NCBI GenBank assembly: GCA_021797745.1 | Contig: JAJZZD010000005.1 | Location: 1,438 to 65,437 of the forward strand | Source of the DNA: Candidatus Micrarchaeota archaeon | GTDB taxonomy: Archaea; Micrarchaeota; Micrarchaeia; Micrarchaeales; CABMGC01 | Length of the DNA: 64,000 bases | Direction: 5' to 3' | Shown here: piece by piece, positions 28,795-38,004 of the stretch | Position numbering within the stretch: the stretch's first letter is position 1 | Layout of the letters: every line of letters starts with the position of its first letter | Program-made: the position numbers and the translations under genes | Notes under the pieces: model-generated | The model's input: the letters and a program-made list of their open reading frames with translations, nothing else | Databases searched by the model: none | What the model was told of the DNA's origin: nothing

Positions 28795-29670
28795 ATGAAA
28801 AGGCAACGGCTGATTGAGCAGACAGCGCGTGGGCTCGAGGAAGATTCATACATTTCAGTGACTGCCGATTCTGTGCATGCATGTTTCGACATACTGGCAA
28901 GCAAGCCTGGACGAAAGTTCGCGATAAAGATAGTGCACAACATAGATTCGGTAAGCAAAACAGAAGCGACCAGGTTAAATAAGCTGGCCTCTTTCCTTGA
29001 TTCCTGCCCTCTGATACTCGGAGTGCGTTCGAACAACGAATGCCTGAAGAAGAAGGTCACTTATAGCAGGTTCGAGATAAACTGCGTATCCGTTTCATCT
29101 TTCGACACAGCATTCGATGACATGCACACTTACATCGCATCTAAATCAGTGGGCGTTAAAGTCCGGATTTCCTGCTCAAAATTAAGAAGCACGCGTAAAA
29201 TGAATGGGTTTACCTTGAATTCGCTTGCAGCCAAAGCGGGGATAGCCGCAAGCACGCTGTACAAACACGAGCATTCAGACCTATATGCGTCGTTGGGCAC
29301 AGTGCGGGCCCTGGAACGCATACTGGGAAAAGACATAAGGTCGGAAGATAGGCAGGTCATCGGGAAAAAAAGCATTTATTCAGGGTATCTGGGAAAAACC
29401 GACCTGAGCGTGGTGGAATTGGGAGGATCACCATTCAACAAGCTGGCGAAGAGCAAAAACTACTATGAACTTTGCAATGAAACAGATTCGAGGACGGCGA
29501 AGAAAAAGGCAGTCCTGCTGGAGCGCGTTAGAGACGCTTTTCCTAACAACTACCCGTTTTTCCTGGGCAGTAGCAAACTAGGCAAAATAGGCACAATACC
29601 TGTGTTAACGGCAAGGGAACTTAGTTCGGCAAAGACAGAAGATGAATTGCTGGAGCTAGTTTACTCATGA
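28795..29670 (+). CDS. Archaeal COG1395-type putative transcriptional regulator with central XRE-family HTH
   Basis: Central NGFTLNSLAAKAGIAASTLYKHEH (HTH_3-like) flanked by the N- and C-domains typical of this roughly 300-aa archaeal family. The ATG at 28795 is preferred over the track start. Confidence 0.55.
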   Translation: MKRQRLIEQTARGLEEDSYISVTADSVHACFDILASKPGRKFAIKIVHNIDSVSKTEATRLNKLASFLDSCPLILGVRSNNECLKKKVTYSRFEINCVSVSSFDTAFDDMHTYIASKSVGVKVRISCSKLRSTRKMNGFTLNSLAAKAGIAASTLYKHEHSDLYASLGTVRALERILGKDIRSEDRQVIGKKSIYSGYLGKTDLSVVELGGSPFNKLAKSKNYYELCNETDSRTAKKKAVLLERVRDAFPNNYPFFLGSSKLGKIGTIPVLTARELSSAKTEDELLELVYS

Positions 29671-29675
29671 AATTT

Positions 29676-30536
29676 TTAAACAATCAAAAGCATAAGATTC
29701 CCGAGCAGCAGCGAAATCACAGTGCCGATGAGAATGAAAAGCGCGAACGGAGCAGCATTCCTGTAAACCTGCAGCTTCCTGTCTGAATTTCTTAAGTCAT
29801 TTAAAAATTCATTTGTCACCAAACGCCCGAAATGTTTCGAGCGCCTTTTGAAGTAAGAAATGTCCTTTTCATCCATCAAATTCAACGCGAGCATATCACC
29901 CTCTTCTAATTCTTTAGCGCTTACAGGCTTTGCCATGCTTTGCGTGATTCTGCTCTCATACATCGGCATCACAACCGAAGGTATGGCGAAAGCAGCCAGT
30001 ATCACAGCGCCCGTGGCGCTGAGCCTGAAAAATGAGCTTATGACAAAGAAAAGCAGCAGATACATCGCAAGCATTACTATGCTTAATATTTTTTTTTCTG
30101 TAGCTATGCCTTTCGACTTTACTTTCACTGCGTTCCTGCCTGCCGACAGGTAATAAAGCGGTACAATCCACACTGCCGACACTCCTGCGGCTATAAACAC
30201 AGAAAGAAGGAAAGGCATTCCGTACTGGTTCACGCTCAGCAGCAGAGGCGTCTGCTGTATAGGCAGAATTAGGCTTATGGTTACAAGTTCAAAGAAATCG
30301 CCGGCGCCCCAGTAGCCGATTCTGTAAATTGCATAGCCTGCTGCGCCCACCACCAGTGCAATCGCAAGACTTATCTCTGCCGTGTAAACGCCATTGAGCA
30401 GCGTTACGGCAACGCCCAAAGCCAGCGCTGCATAAACAAAAATGTTAGGCACGTTCCTTTTGTTGAACACATCAAATGCTGCGTATGCAATTGCGATTGC
30501 CAGCAGCAGCGCAATGTTTACGATTATGGCGAGCAT
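29676..30536 (-). CDS. A24-family GxGD aspartyl peptidase (prepilin/preflagellin peptidase, PibD/FlaK-like)
   Basis: First catalytic Asp in TM1 (AYAAFDVFNKRNVPN) and a second in the GxGD motif (GYWGAGDFFEL). Polytopic, with an extra C-terminal region. Confidence 0.65.
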   Translation of the reverse strand: MLAIIVNIALLLAIAIAYAAFDVFNKRNVPNIFVYAALALGVAVTLLNGVYTAEISLAIALVVGAAGYAIYRIGYWGAGDFFELVTISLILPIQQTPLLLSVNQYGMPFLLSVFIAAGVSAVWIVPLYYLSAGRNAVKVKSKGIATEKKILSIVMLAMYLLLFFVISSFFRLSATGAVILAAFAIPSVVMPMYESRITQSMAKPVSAKELEEGDMLALNLMDEKDISYFKRRSKHFGRLVTNEFLNDLRNSDRKLQVYRNAAPFALFILIGTVISLLLGNLMLLIV

Positions 30537-30602
30537 GCAATTCCATGTTTATTGTCTGCACAGTTTTTTATATTGCTGTGCGTAAATAACATGGTTGTTG
30601 CA

Positions 30603-31511
30603 ATGGCCAATCCCCAGTACGTATGGTTTGACGGGAAGTTCGTGGATTTCGCTAAAGCCACAGTTCACGTGCTGACGCACTCGCTCCAGTACGGGAGCGG
30701 CGTCTTCGAAGGCATACGCGCATACGAAACAGCGAAAGGCAAGGCGATTTTCAGGCTGCAGGAGCATATTGCGAGATTCATGCGCGGCATAAAGGTAATG
30801 TCGCTGCCTGTCAGGTTTTCAGGTAGGCAGCTGTCAGATGCGGTTGTGAAAACAGTGATAAAGAACAGGCAGAAAGAATGCTACATACGTCCGTTCGCAT
30901 TCTATAACGACAAAAACATAGGACTTGGAACTGCAAATAAAAAAGCCAGTGTAATCATAGCGACAATTCCTCTCGCCGCATATTTCTCGAAAAAGAATAC
31001 TGGCATAGGCTGCATGGTGTCTTCATGGTCACGGATAAATTCCACAATCATACCTCCCGAGGTCAAGGCTAGCGGCAACTACCTTAATTCAATACTTGCC
31101 TCTTCGGAGGCAAAGCGCCTGGGGATGGACGAGGCCATAATGCTGTCAATCGATGGCTATGTTGCAGAAGGGCCTGGTGAAAATATTTTCATAGTGGAAG
31201 ACGAGAAACTGATTACGCCTCCGAGGGAAGCTGACATCCTGCCAGGGATAACGCGGGACAGCGTGATACAGCTGGCAAAGGCCAATGGGATAAGCGTAGA
31301 AGAGAGAAACATCCACAGAGAAGAACTGTTCACATGCGATGAAGCCTTTTTCTGCGGCACTGCGGCAGAGATAACTCCTATTTTGAAAATAGATGCCTAC
31401 AAGCTCGGAAACGGGAAAATAGGTAACACAACAAGGCAAATAACCGACTATTACACGCGCGCAGTGCACGGAGCATACGAGGAATTCGAAAGCTGGCTCA
31501 CATACGTTTGA
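30603..31511 (+). CDS. ilvE: Branched-chain amino acid aminotransferase
   Basis: MANPQYVWFDGKFVDFAKATVHVLTHSLQYGSGVFEGIRAY...EVKASGNYLNS...PGITR are fold-type IV PLP enzyme motifs. An alternative ATG lies at 30591. Confidence 0.9.
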   Translation: MANPQYVWFDGKFVDFAKATVHVLTHSLQYGSGVFEGIRAYETAKGKAIFRLQEHIARFMRGIKVMSLPVRFSGRQLSDAVVKTVIKNRQKECYIRPFAFYNDKNIGLGTANKKASVIIATIPLAAYFSKKNTGIGCMVSSWSRINSTIIPPEVKASGNYLNSILASSEAKRLGMDEAIMLSIDGYVAEGPGENIFIVEDEKLITPPREADILPGITRDSVIQLAKANGISVEERNIHREELFTCDEAFFCGTAAEITPILKIDAYKLGNGKIGNTTRQITDYYTRAVHGAYEEFESWLTYV

Positions 31512-31544
31512 CTAGCAATCCTGCATTTAACTGCTATGCCCGCG

Positions 31545-32168
31545 TCACTTCTTTATATTGCTCGGGTCTAAGCCTATCATCAGCAAAATCGCGCCTATTA
31601 TGTTTACTACAAGATACAATATCGCCCCGACTTGTATCATGTCGCTGTTGTTCGACGCCCCTATCCTCCAAAAGCCCACGATGGCCAATATACTTCCTAT
31701 GAATATTATTGCACCGCCAATAAAAATGGCCACGAGCAGTATTATCGCTGACATCGTGCCAGTGCCTGTCAATGCTACATAGCCTGCACTAGCCCCGTTA
31801 GGCTGCTGCAGTGAATGCACTGCGGCACCTATTGTAAGTAAGTTTATGACAGCGATCAAAACAATTCCGGCAAGAAATATCGCAGAACCTATTAACTGAA
31901 GCAGCGCGCCGACAGAGCCTATGCTGTAAGATTCGTTGGCGCTGCTGATTATCGCAAACCCTTTGCGCTCTAGGAAAAAAGACAGCAGAAAAATCGCAAA
32001 ACCAATTATCAACACCGGCCAGTAAATTATGCCGGGCACATGGCTGACTCCGCCAACTATTGCCAGTATGCCGCCTATAACTATTACCGCCAACCCTACT
32101 AGGTACAGTATCATCGCCGTTCTTAATTTCTCTACCCCTGCGCCAAAATTTTCGTTGTTTTTTACCAT
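31545..32168 (-). CDS. Membrane protein, unknown function (5-6 TM)
   Basis: Hydrophobic-helix-rich ORF. The ATG at 32168 (MVKNNENF) is preferred over the TTG at 32183. Confidence 0.55.
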   Translation of the reverse strand: MVKNNENFGAGVEKLRTAMILYLVGLAVIVIGGILAIVGGVSHVPGIIYWPVLIIGFAIFLLSFFLERKGFAIISSANESYSIGSVGALLQLIGSAIFLAGIVLIAVINLLTIGAAVHSLQQPNGASAGYVALTGTGTMSAIILLVAIFIGGAIIFIGSILAIVGFWRIGASNNSDMIQVGAILYLVVNIIGAILLMIGLDPSNIKK

Positions 32169-32179
32169 AACATTATCTC

Positions 32180-32536
32180 TCAAAGCAGTTTAAATGTGGA
32201 GGTAAACCTATCTATTTCTTCGCCATTCCACGGACCTATTCCCAGTGCCGTGACAGTTCCTGGCTGAAGTTGCGTAAGCCCCGCGTCGCTGACAAGCGAG
32301 CATGGAATCTTCTTGAACCTGAAAGCCTCGAAAAGCTTTTTCAGCGCGTCCTCTGAATCGGCTTTCAGCACAATTTTTTTCTCGCCCTCGTCTATCCACT
32401 GCTTTGCAATCTCTTTGTCTTTTTTTTCTGCTTCGAGATAACTCATGAGAGAAGCGTGCGCGGCCTGTGCAGCAAGCTTGCCTTTGCCCATGCTTATGTC
32501 GCTTCTTATTATTATGACTTGTTTGATCTCTGCCAT
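32180..32536 (-). CDS. pth2: Peptidyl-tRNA hydrolase, archaeal type (Pth2)
   Basis: QVIIIRSDISMGKGKLAAQAAHAS...VSDAGLTQLQPGTVTALGIGP is the Pth2 signature. 118 aa. Confidence 0.9.
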   Translation of the reverse strand: MAEIKQVIIIRSDISMGKGKLAAQAAHASLMSYLEAEKKDKEIAKQWIDEGEKKIVLKADSEDALKKLFEAFRFKKIPCSLVSDAGLTQLQPGTVTALGIGPWNGEEIDRFTSTFKLL

Positions 32537-32706
32537 GCGAACATTTACTATTTCCTCAATAAATTTTAAATAGCCCCACTTACGTAATTCTGTGTAGTCT
32601 TATGCGTAATATTGGAAATGCCAGGTGGAAAACTCAGGAGGCTCATGGAAACGACGCAGCCTGTGCTGCCTCCCGAACAGACTCCAAAGCAGGCAAGGCA
32701 TGCGAA

Positions 32707-33282
32707 ATGGAGCCGTTCATATCCAACGCTTCAGTTAAACTGAAGATTAAACAGCGGGAAGTCAAGTTGGCAATAGACTATCTGGTGCACGCCGGCTACA
32801 TCAATGTAGAAAACAACACTCTTAGCACAAACTATGCAAAGAAATCAACCCCCGCGTTCGCAGTCAAAGAACTAATAAATTCCTCACACGGCAAGCCAGA
32901 AGTACTGCACAAACGATTTGAATGGCTGAGAGACCTTGCCGGTGGCGTACCTGGCGTGTACAGAAAGCGCAGTGCATCAAGCAGCAACATATATGAAAGC
33001 ATTTATGTACCCGGTCTGTCTTCTTACATAACTTATTACTGCCAAGACAACGGCATTTCCGAGAGCACCTATTGGCTGAATTTAAACGTGTTAAGAAGTC
33101 GCGGGTTATTCGATTTCGGGATAGGAAAACAAGCAAGGGTTACGACATTGGGAAAGCGTGCCGTATTCGCAGAAGAAAAGAACAAGTGCGTTGAAAACCG
33201 CGACGCCGAAATCGCCCTTTTGATAATGAACGAACTTTTCGAGGCAGGAAAAAGTAAAATCAAGCAGTTGAGAAGGGATTAA
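32707..33282 (+). CDS. Hypothetical protein (possible winged-helix segments)
   Basis: 191 aa from the first ATG. No family recognised. Confidence 0.45.
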   Translation: MEPFISNASVKLKIKQREVKLAIDYLVHAGYINVENNTLSTNYAKKSTPAFAVKELINSSHGKPEVLHKRFEWLRDLAGGVPGVYRKRSASSSNIYESIYVPGLSSYITYYCQDNGISESTYWLNLNVLRSRGLFDFGIGKQARVTTLGKRAVFAEEKNKCVENRDAEIALLIMNELFEAGKSKIKQLRRD

Positions 33283-33418
33283 AAAATATTCAAAGAGCAA
33301 TTTTCATATGCGAAAGCCGCTGCATACTGCCGTATTTCCATATATTCGGTGTTTTTTTCACTAACTCTTATATAATTGAAATCAACATTAAACCAGCGAT
33401 GTTACACGTTTGATTATC

Positions 33419-34573
33419 ATGTCAGAATTGGCAGAGAAAGCAATAACCGAGCTAATAAGGAATTACTACAAAAAAGCCGAGTCTCTGGCTCCGGACAGGA
33501 TAGAGCAGCGCGAATTCGGCTTTGGCGAGTTCTCGCGCAAAATAGCGTTCAGGCACATTTCTTTCAAGAATGAAGCGGAATTCAGGAAATATCTTGTAGA
33601 AAAGGCTCCTCCTTATGCTGACTATTCTGCAGCATATTACAAATTTCCCAGCGCAAGACCGATGGAAAACAAGGTCTGGCTTGGCTCAGAATTGAGGTTC
33701 GACCTAGACGCCAGCGACAAAAAATTCGAGTGCAAAAAGCACGAGCAGGGCTGGCTTTGCGAGGAAAGGCTTGATGCCGTGAAGGCAGATACAATTGCCC
33801 TGGCGCAAGATTTCCTCATAGATTCGTTCGGTTTCGAGGAAAGCGACCTAGGAATAAACTTCAGTGGCAACAGAGGCTATCATGTGCACATAACAAAAGA
33901 AAGCGTGATGAAGCTGAGCAACCACGAAAGGGAGGAAATCGCCAATTTCATCAAGGCAATAGGGCTTAAAACATCAGAGTTTTTTCCTGCGCTCGGAAAA
34001 CGTGGGGAGAGTTTCACAGGACCCAAGCCCGATGATTATGGATGGGGCGGCATTATGGCCAGAAACACCATTGCGGCACTTGGCCAGGGCAGCGAGGCTG
34101 TTGCGAACATGGGTGTTGAGTACAGAACAGCCAAGAAACTATGCCGCGAAAAGGCGCTGATAGAAATGGGCATAAAGAACGGAAACTGGGACATGGTAAG
34201 AATAGACAAAAAGGCAGAGGTGTGGTCTGCTATCGCAGAACACATTGTGAAAAAGAAATCAGTCTGCATAGATGAAAACGTCACAATAGAGAAATACCAT
34301 CTTATGCGTCTTCAGAACACCATACACGGCAGCAGCGGACTTCTGGCTAAAAAAATTAAATCAATAAGCGCTTTGGATAAATTCGCACCACTTACCGACC
34401 CGATAGTCTTTAGAGAAGGCGAAATGAAAATAAAAGCAACCACGCCTTATGCGCTTGAAATGAATGGCCAAAGTTACGGGCCTTTTTCCAACAACGAAGT
34501 AATACTTCCCACTTATGTGGCAGTATACTTATATTTAAAAGGATATGCGGACATAATTAGTGTGCAATCTTGA
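33419..34573 (+). CDS. priS: DNA primase small (catalytic) subunit PriS
   Basis: REFGFGEF...FRHISF, catalytic LRFDLDASD and GNRGYHVHI motifs, and a zinc-knuckle region CKKH..WLC. Confidence 0.9.
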   Translation: MSELAEKAITELIRNYYKKAESLAPDRIEQREFGFGEFSRKIAFRHISFKNEAEFRKYLVEKAPPYADYSAAYYKFPSARPMENKVWLGSELRFDLDASDKKFECKKHEQGWLCEERLDAVKADTIALAQDFLIDSFGFEESDLGINFSGNRGYHVHITKESVMKLSNHEREEIANFIKAIGLKTSEFFPALGKRGESFTGPKPDDYGWGGIMARNTIAALGQGSEAVANMGVEYRTAKKLCREKALIEMGIKNGNWDMVRIDKKAEVWSAIAEHIVKKKSVCIDENVTIEKYHLMRLQNTIHGSSGLLAKKIKSISALDKFAPLTDPIVFREGEMKIKATTPYALEMNGQSYGPFSNNEVILPTYVAVYLYLKGYADIISVQS

Positions 34574-34620
34574 GCAGACGCGCCTACTGCATATTCACCG
34601 CCGTATAGGCGCATGTGTGG

Positions 34621-34698
34621 AAAGAGCAGCAAGGAATAAGAACCAGGAGCAGACAGACACAGACAAACACAAATAAACACAAAGAAAAACAAACAGCA
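34621..34698 (+). repeat. T-depleted A/C/G low-complexity tract (AGAC/ACAA-type microrepeats) upstream of rpl15e
   Basis: The 78 nt contain only two T by direct count, e.g. AGACAGACACAGACAAACACAAATAAACACAAAGAAAAACAAACAG. Confidence 0.7.
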
Positions 34699-34762
34699 TA
34701 TTTCGCAGAAACTTGCAGCTAAACTAATGCATGCAATACATGCAAAACACAATACAAAGAGC

Positions 34763-34769
34763 ATATAAA
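34763..34769 (+). promoter_or_regulatory. TATA box (ATATAAA) positioned for a leaderless rpl15e mRNA
   Basis: The centre of the element is about 26 nt upstream of the A of the ATG at 34792, which is the canonical archaeal TATA-to-TSS distance. Confidence 0.45.
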
Positions 34770-34791
34770 CAATACAAAAATAAGTGGTCGA

Positions 34792-35370
34792 ATGGGATCC
34801 TACGGACACATCGAAAAAACATTCCAAAACGAATACAAAGCACGCTCTGTTGAACTAAGAAACAGGCTGAATGCATGGAATTCAGGCGAAGTTATAGTTC
34901 GCATAGACAGGCCGACAAACATATCCAGAGCCAGGTCGCTCGGATACAAGGCCAAGCAGGGTGTGATTCTTGTCAGGGTTAGGGTCGGCAAAGGGCTCAG
35001 CAAGAGGCAGAAGCCGGCGCACGGGAGAAAGCCGTCAAAAATGGGAAGATTTTATGCCTACAGGAAGTCGCTTCAGAGCGTAGCCGAAGAAAGGGCAGCG
35101 AGGAGATTCAGCAACTGCGAAATACTCAATTCATATTACGTAGGTGAAGACGGCGGCAGCAAGTACTTCGAGATAATGCTATTGGACAGGAGTCATCCTG
35201 CAATAGCTTCAGATCCTGATTTTTCCAGGATTCTTGGTCAGAAAAACAGGGTTTACCGCGGCCTTACCAGCTCAGGCAGAGCGCACAGAGGGCTATTCGT
35301 AAAAGGCAAAGGCGCAGAGAAAGTCAGACCTAGCATAAGGTCAAAGCAGAGGCATTTCTTCAGGGGCTGA
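34792..35370 (+). CDS. rpl15e: Ribosomal protein eL15 (L15e)
   Basis: MGSYGHIEKTFQNEYK...RIDRPTNISRARSLGYKAKQGVILVRVRVGKG is the eL15 signature. Confidence 0.93.
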   Translation: MGSYGHIEKTFQNEYKARSVELRNRLNAWNSGEVIVRIDRPTNISRARSLGYKAKQGVILVRVRVGKGLSKRQKPAHGRKPSKMGRFYAYRKSLQSVAEERAARRFSNCEILNSYYVGEDGGSKYFEIMLLDRSHPAIASDPDFSRILGQKNRVYRGLTSSGRAHRGLFVKGKGAEKVRPSIRSKQRHFFRG

Positions 35371-35405
35371 TGATAGTCACTACACATTGAACACAGGGCA
35401 TTAGT

Positions 35406-35678
35406 ATGGAGGTTGAAGCGCAGGCGGACATCGAGATAAAATTCAAGGGAAATCCCAAAGATTATGTGTCTATACTCGGCAAAGCGCCAGAATACGACAG
35501 GAGCAGCGTTGAAATAAATGCAGGAAAGGACAGCCTGAAAATCCATGTGAGTGCTGTCGACGCGGCAGCATTATTCGCGTCGATGAACAGCGCACTAAAG
35601 CAGATACGCGTAATCAGCAGGGTCGATGACGCCTTGGAAAGGATAGGAGCTAAAGGGAGCGGTCGAAACGCACCCTAG
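35406..35678 (+). CDS. pcc1: KEOPS complex subunit Pcc1-like
   Basis: The pattern A.IEI.F....A..I..A..PE........I.....L.I.V.A.D..AL.AS.NS.L..I.V matches Pcc1 (DIEIKFKGNPKDYVSILGKAPEY...LKIHVSAVDAAALFASMNSALKQIRV). Confidence 0.65.
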   Translation: MEVEAQADIEIKFKGNPKDYVSILGKAPEYDRSSVEINAGKDSLKIHVSAVDAAALFASMNSALKQIRVISRVDDALERIGAKGSGRNAP

Positions 35679-35870
35679 CCTGATTGCCTAGTCTTGCGCA
35701 AGAAATATAAATATGCAAAAGGCAATAAAAAGGCAATAATTACGGCTGTTAAATAACGTGCATGAATTCCAGTCTGTTGAAATTATACTTATCTGGTATT
35801 TAGTTGACAATCAGCGAACGGGCAAGCAAATCGCAAGCAAAACAAAAAGTGAATTGAAAAGTGGATTGAT

Positions 35871-36827
35871 ATGAGGCGAGGCTCTCTAGAATACTGGCCG
35901 CACAGGCGTGCAAAAAAACAGATGCCCAGGCTCAGAAGCTGGGTCGAACTAGCCGAGCCCTCTTTTGCGAATTTTGTCGCTTTCAAGACAGGCATGACGC
36001 ACATAGGCTTCACAGACGATTCTAATTCTCCTGCCAAAGGCACCGAGATAATAAGCGCAGCCACAGTGCTCGAGATACCGAGAGTTTTCATTTACGGTAT
36101 CAGGCTTTACCACAAAACTGTTTACAAAGAGCCTGTTGACGAAGTTTACGACAAGCAGCTTGCAGCTAAAATCGGAATCAAAAAAACCGAAAAGACGAAT
36201 CTCGATTCTGTCAAAAAGGACACATCAAAATACGTGGACGCTGCAGCGCTGGCATTTCTCGACCCATCAAGCCTGGGCTTCGGCATGAAAAAGCTTATGC
36301 GATTCGAAATGCACGTGGGTGGCAAGAGCATAGACGAGAAAATAGCATTCATAGCCGGTTTTCTCGGCAAGGAAGTTAAGATAACAAATTTCCTTAAGGC
36401 AGGCGATTACATAGACATTACTGGGATAACCAAGGGCAAGGGTTGGCAGGGGCCTGTGAAGAGATTCGGTGTGGCGAGGCTTTACCACAAGGCAACAGGC
36501 AAGACCAGGCACGTAGGCACACTGGGTCCATTCCACCCGCCTAAGGTGCTCTATTCCGTCCCAATGGCAGGGCACATGGGCTACAACTACCGGACAGAAC
36601 TAAACAAGCGTGTAATGAAAGTAGGAAGCGCGGCAAGCGCTTCAGAAATAAATCCAAGCGGTGCATTTCCGCATTATGGAGTTGTGAGGAACGATTATCT
36701 AATAGTGAAAGGTTCGGTTTCCGGGACTCCGAAGAGAATGGTAAGAATACGAAAGGCATTAAGAAGCACGTACTCTGAGGCTCAGCCGCAGGTAAAGTAC
36801 GTGTCGCTTACGGCAAAACAGGGTTAA
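35871..36827 (+). CDS. rpl3: Ribosomal protein uL3
   Basis: MRRGSLEYWPHRRAKK...KGKGWQGPVKRFGV...HVGTLGPFHP. Confidence 0.95.
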   Translation: MRRGSLEYWPHRRAKKQMPRLRSWVELAEPSFANFVAFKTGMTHIGFTDDSNSPAKGTEIISAATVLEIPRVFIYGIRLYHKTVYKEPVDEVYDKQLAAKIGIKKTEKTNLDSVKKDTSKYVDAAALAFLDPSSLGFGMKKLMRFEMHVGGKSIDEKIAFIAGFLGKEVKITNFLKAGDYIDITGITKGKGWQGPVKRFGVARLYHKATGKTRHVGTLGPFHPPKVLYSVPMAGHMGYNYRTELNKRVMKVGSAASASEINPSGAFPHYGVVRNDYLIVKGSVSGTPKRMVRIRKALRSTYSEAQPQVKYVSLTAKQG

Positions 36828-36836
36828 TGAGGTGCT

Positions 36837-37643
36837 ATGATGCAAGCTAACGTTTACAAACTGGATTCTACAGTGAAGAAAAGCATAGACCTGCCTGTTG
36901 TTTTCGATACGCAATTCAGGAAAGACATAGTCATGCGCGCTCTGCTGAGTGAGCAAAGCAAAAAATACCAGCCGCAGGGCAGATATCCCCTTGCAGGATT
37001 GCAGACTACAGCAACTTATATGGGCGCGTACGGAACATACAGAACCCTGAGGCACGTGGGAAGGGCAATAAGGCCCAGGCAAAAACTGGCGGCCGGGGCG
37101 ATGGGAGACGTAAGGAGAATACCATCGGCAACAAAAGGGCGAAGGGCGCACCCGCAGAAGACAAACAAAATCACTGCAGAACAGATCAACAGGAAGGAGT
37201 ACGAAAAGGCAATATCTATGGTGATAGCCGCAACATCAAACAAGAAGCTTGTGCAGGAAAATTACAAGTATGAAAAAATCCAGCTGCCTGTTGTTGTGGA
37301 TTCAGAAATAGAAAAAATAAACAAGTCCAGGGAATTGGTAAAGGTGCTGAACGCACTCGGTTTCAGCGAGGTGCTCGATGATTCGCACAAGCCAGCCAAG
37401 AGAAAAGGGTTAAGGAGGCTTTCGCGCCAGAGGCATTTCAAGAGCGGCGCAGTGATAATTGCAAAAGACATTTCAAAGCTGCATTATGCGGGAAGGAACA
37501 TTCCTGGGATAGACGTGATAGGTGTTGAGAGCATGACTGTGGAGAAGCTAGCGCCTGGCGCCAATCCAAGGATAGCCATATGGAGCGAGTCTGCAATAAG
37601 CGACATAGAAAAAGGCATATCAAGCTCGGGGATGAACAGGTAA
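36837..37643 (+). CDS. rpl4: Ribosomal protein uL4
   Basis: Gene order after uL3. ...RYPLAGLQTTATYMGAYGTYRTLRHVGRA..R.R. GAGGTG Shine-Dalgarno-like motif upstream. Confidence 0.93.
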   Translation: MMQANVYKLDSTVKKSIDLPVVFDTQFRKDIVMRALLSEQSKKYQPQGRYPLAGLQTTATYMGAYGTYRTLRHVGRAIRPRQKLAAGAMGDVRRIPSATKGRRAHPQKTNKITAEQINRKEYEKAISMVIAATSNKKLVQENYKYEKIQLPVVVDSEIEKINKSRELVKVLNALGFSEVLDDSHKPAKRKGLRRLSRQRHFKSGAVIIAKDISKLHYAGRNIPGIDVIGVESMTVEKLAPGANPRIAIWSESAISDIEKGISSSGMNR

Positions 37644-37651
37644 AATTGCGG

Positions 37652-37720
37652 CAAAAAAAAACAAAACACAAAATACAAATACAAACACAAACACCCACAC
37701 CCACAAAAATAAAATAAAAT
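37652..37720 (+). repeat. 69-nt G-free A/C-rich low-complexity tract inside the uL4-uL23 spacer
   Basis: Direct count found no G between 37652 and 37720. Composed of (A)n-C, ACAAA, CACCCA x2 and AAATA x3 micro-repeats. Confidence 0.85.
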
Positions 37721-37739
37721 GTAAAATAAAAGTGATAAA

Positions 37740-37991
37740 ATGAATGTGCTTCTTTACCCGCTTGCGACAGAAAAAGCAATAAATATGGTAGAGCGGAACA
37801 ACCTTATCACGTACATAGTGGATACCCGGGCGAACAAGAGCGAGATAAAAGAGGAGTTCGAGAAGACATTCAATGTGAAGGTGGCTAAAGTGAATGTTGC
37901 GAATAGCATTAAAAACTACAAGAAAGCATACATAACGCTTGAAAAGCAGTTCAGCGCCAGCGACATAGCGCTGAAGCTTAAATTGGTTTAA
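37740..37991 (+). CDS. rpl23: Ribosomal protein uL23
   Basis: LLYPLATEKAINMVERNNLITYIVDTRANKSEIKEEFEKTFNVKVAKVN. Confidence 0.93.
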   Translation: MNVLLYPLATEKAINMVERNNLITYIVDTRANKSEIKEEFEKTFNVKVAKVNVANSIKNYKKAYITLEKQFSASDIALKLKLV

Positions 37992-38004
37992 CGAAGTGGC
38001 ATAA

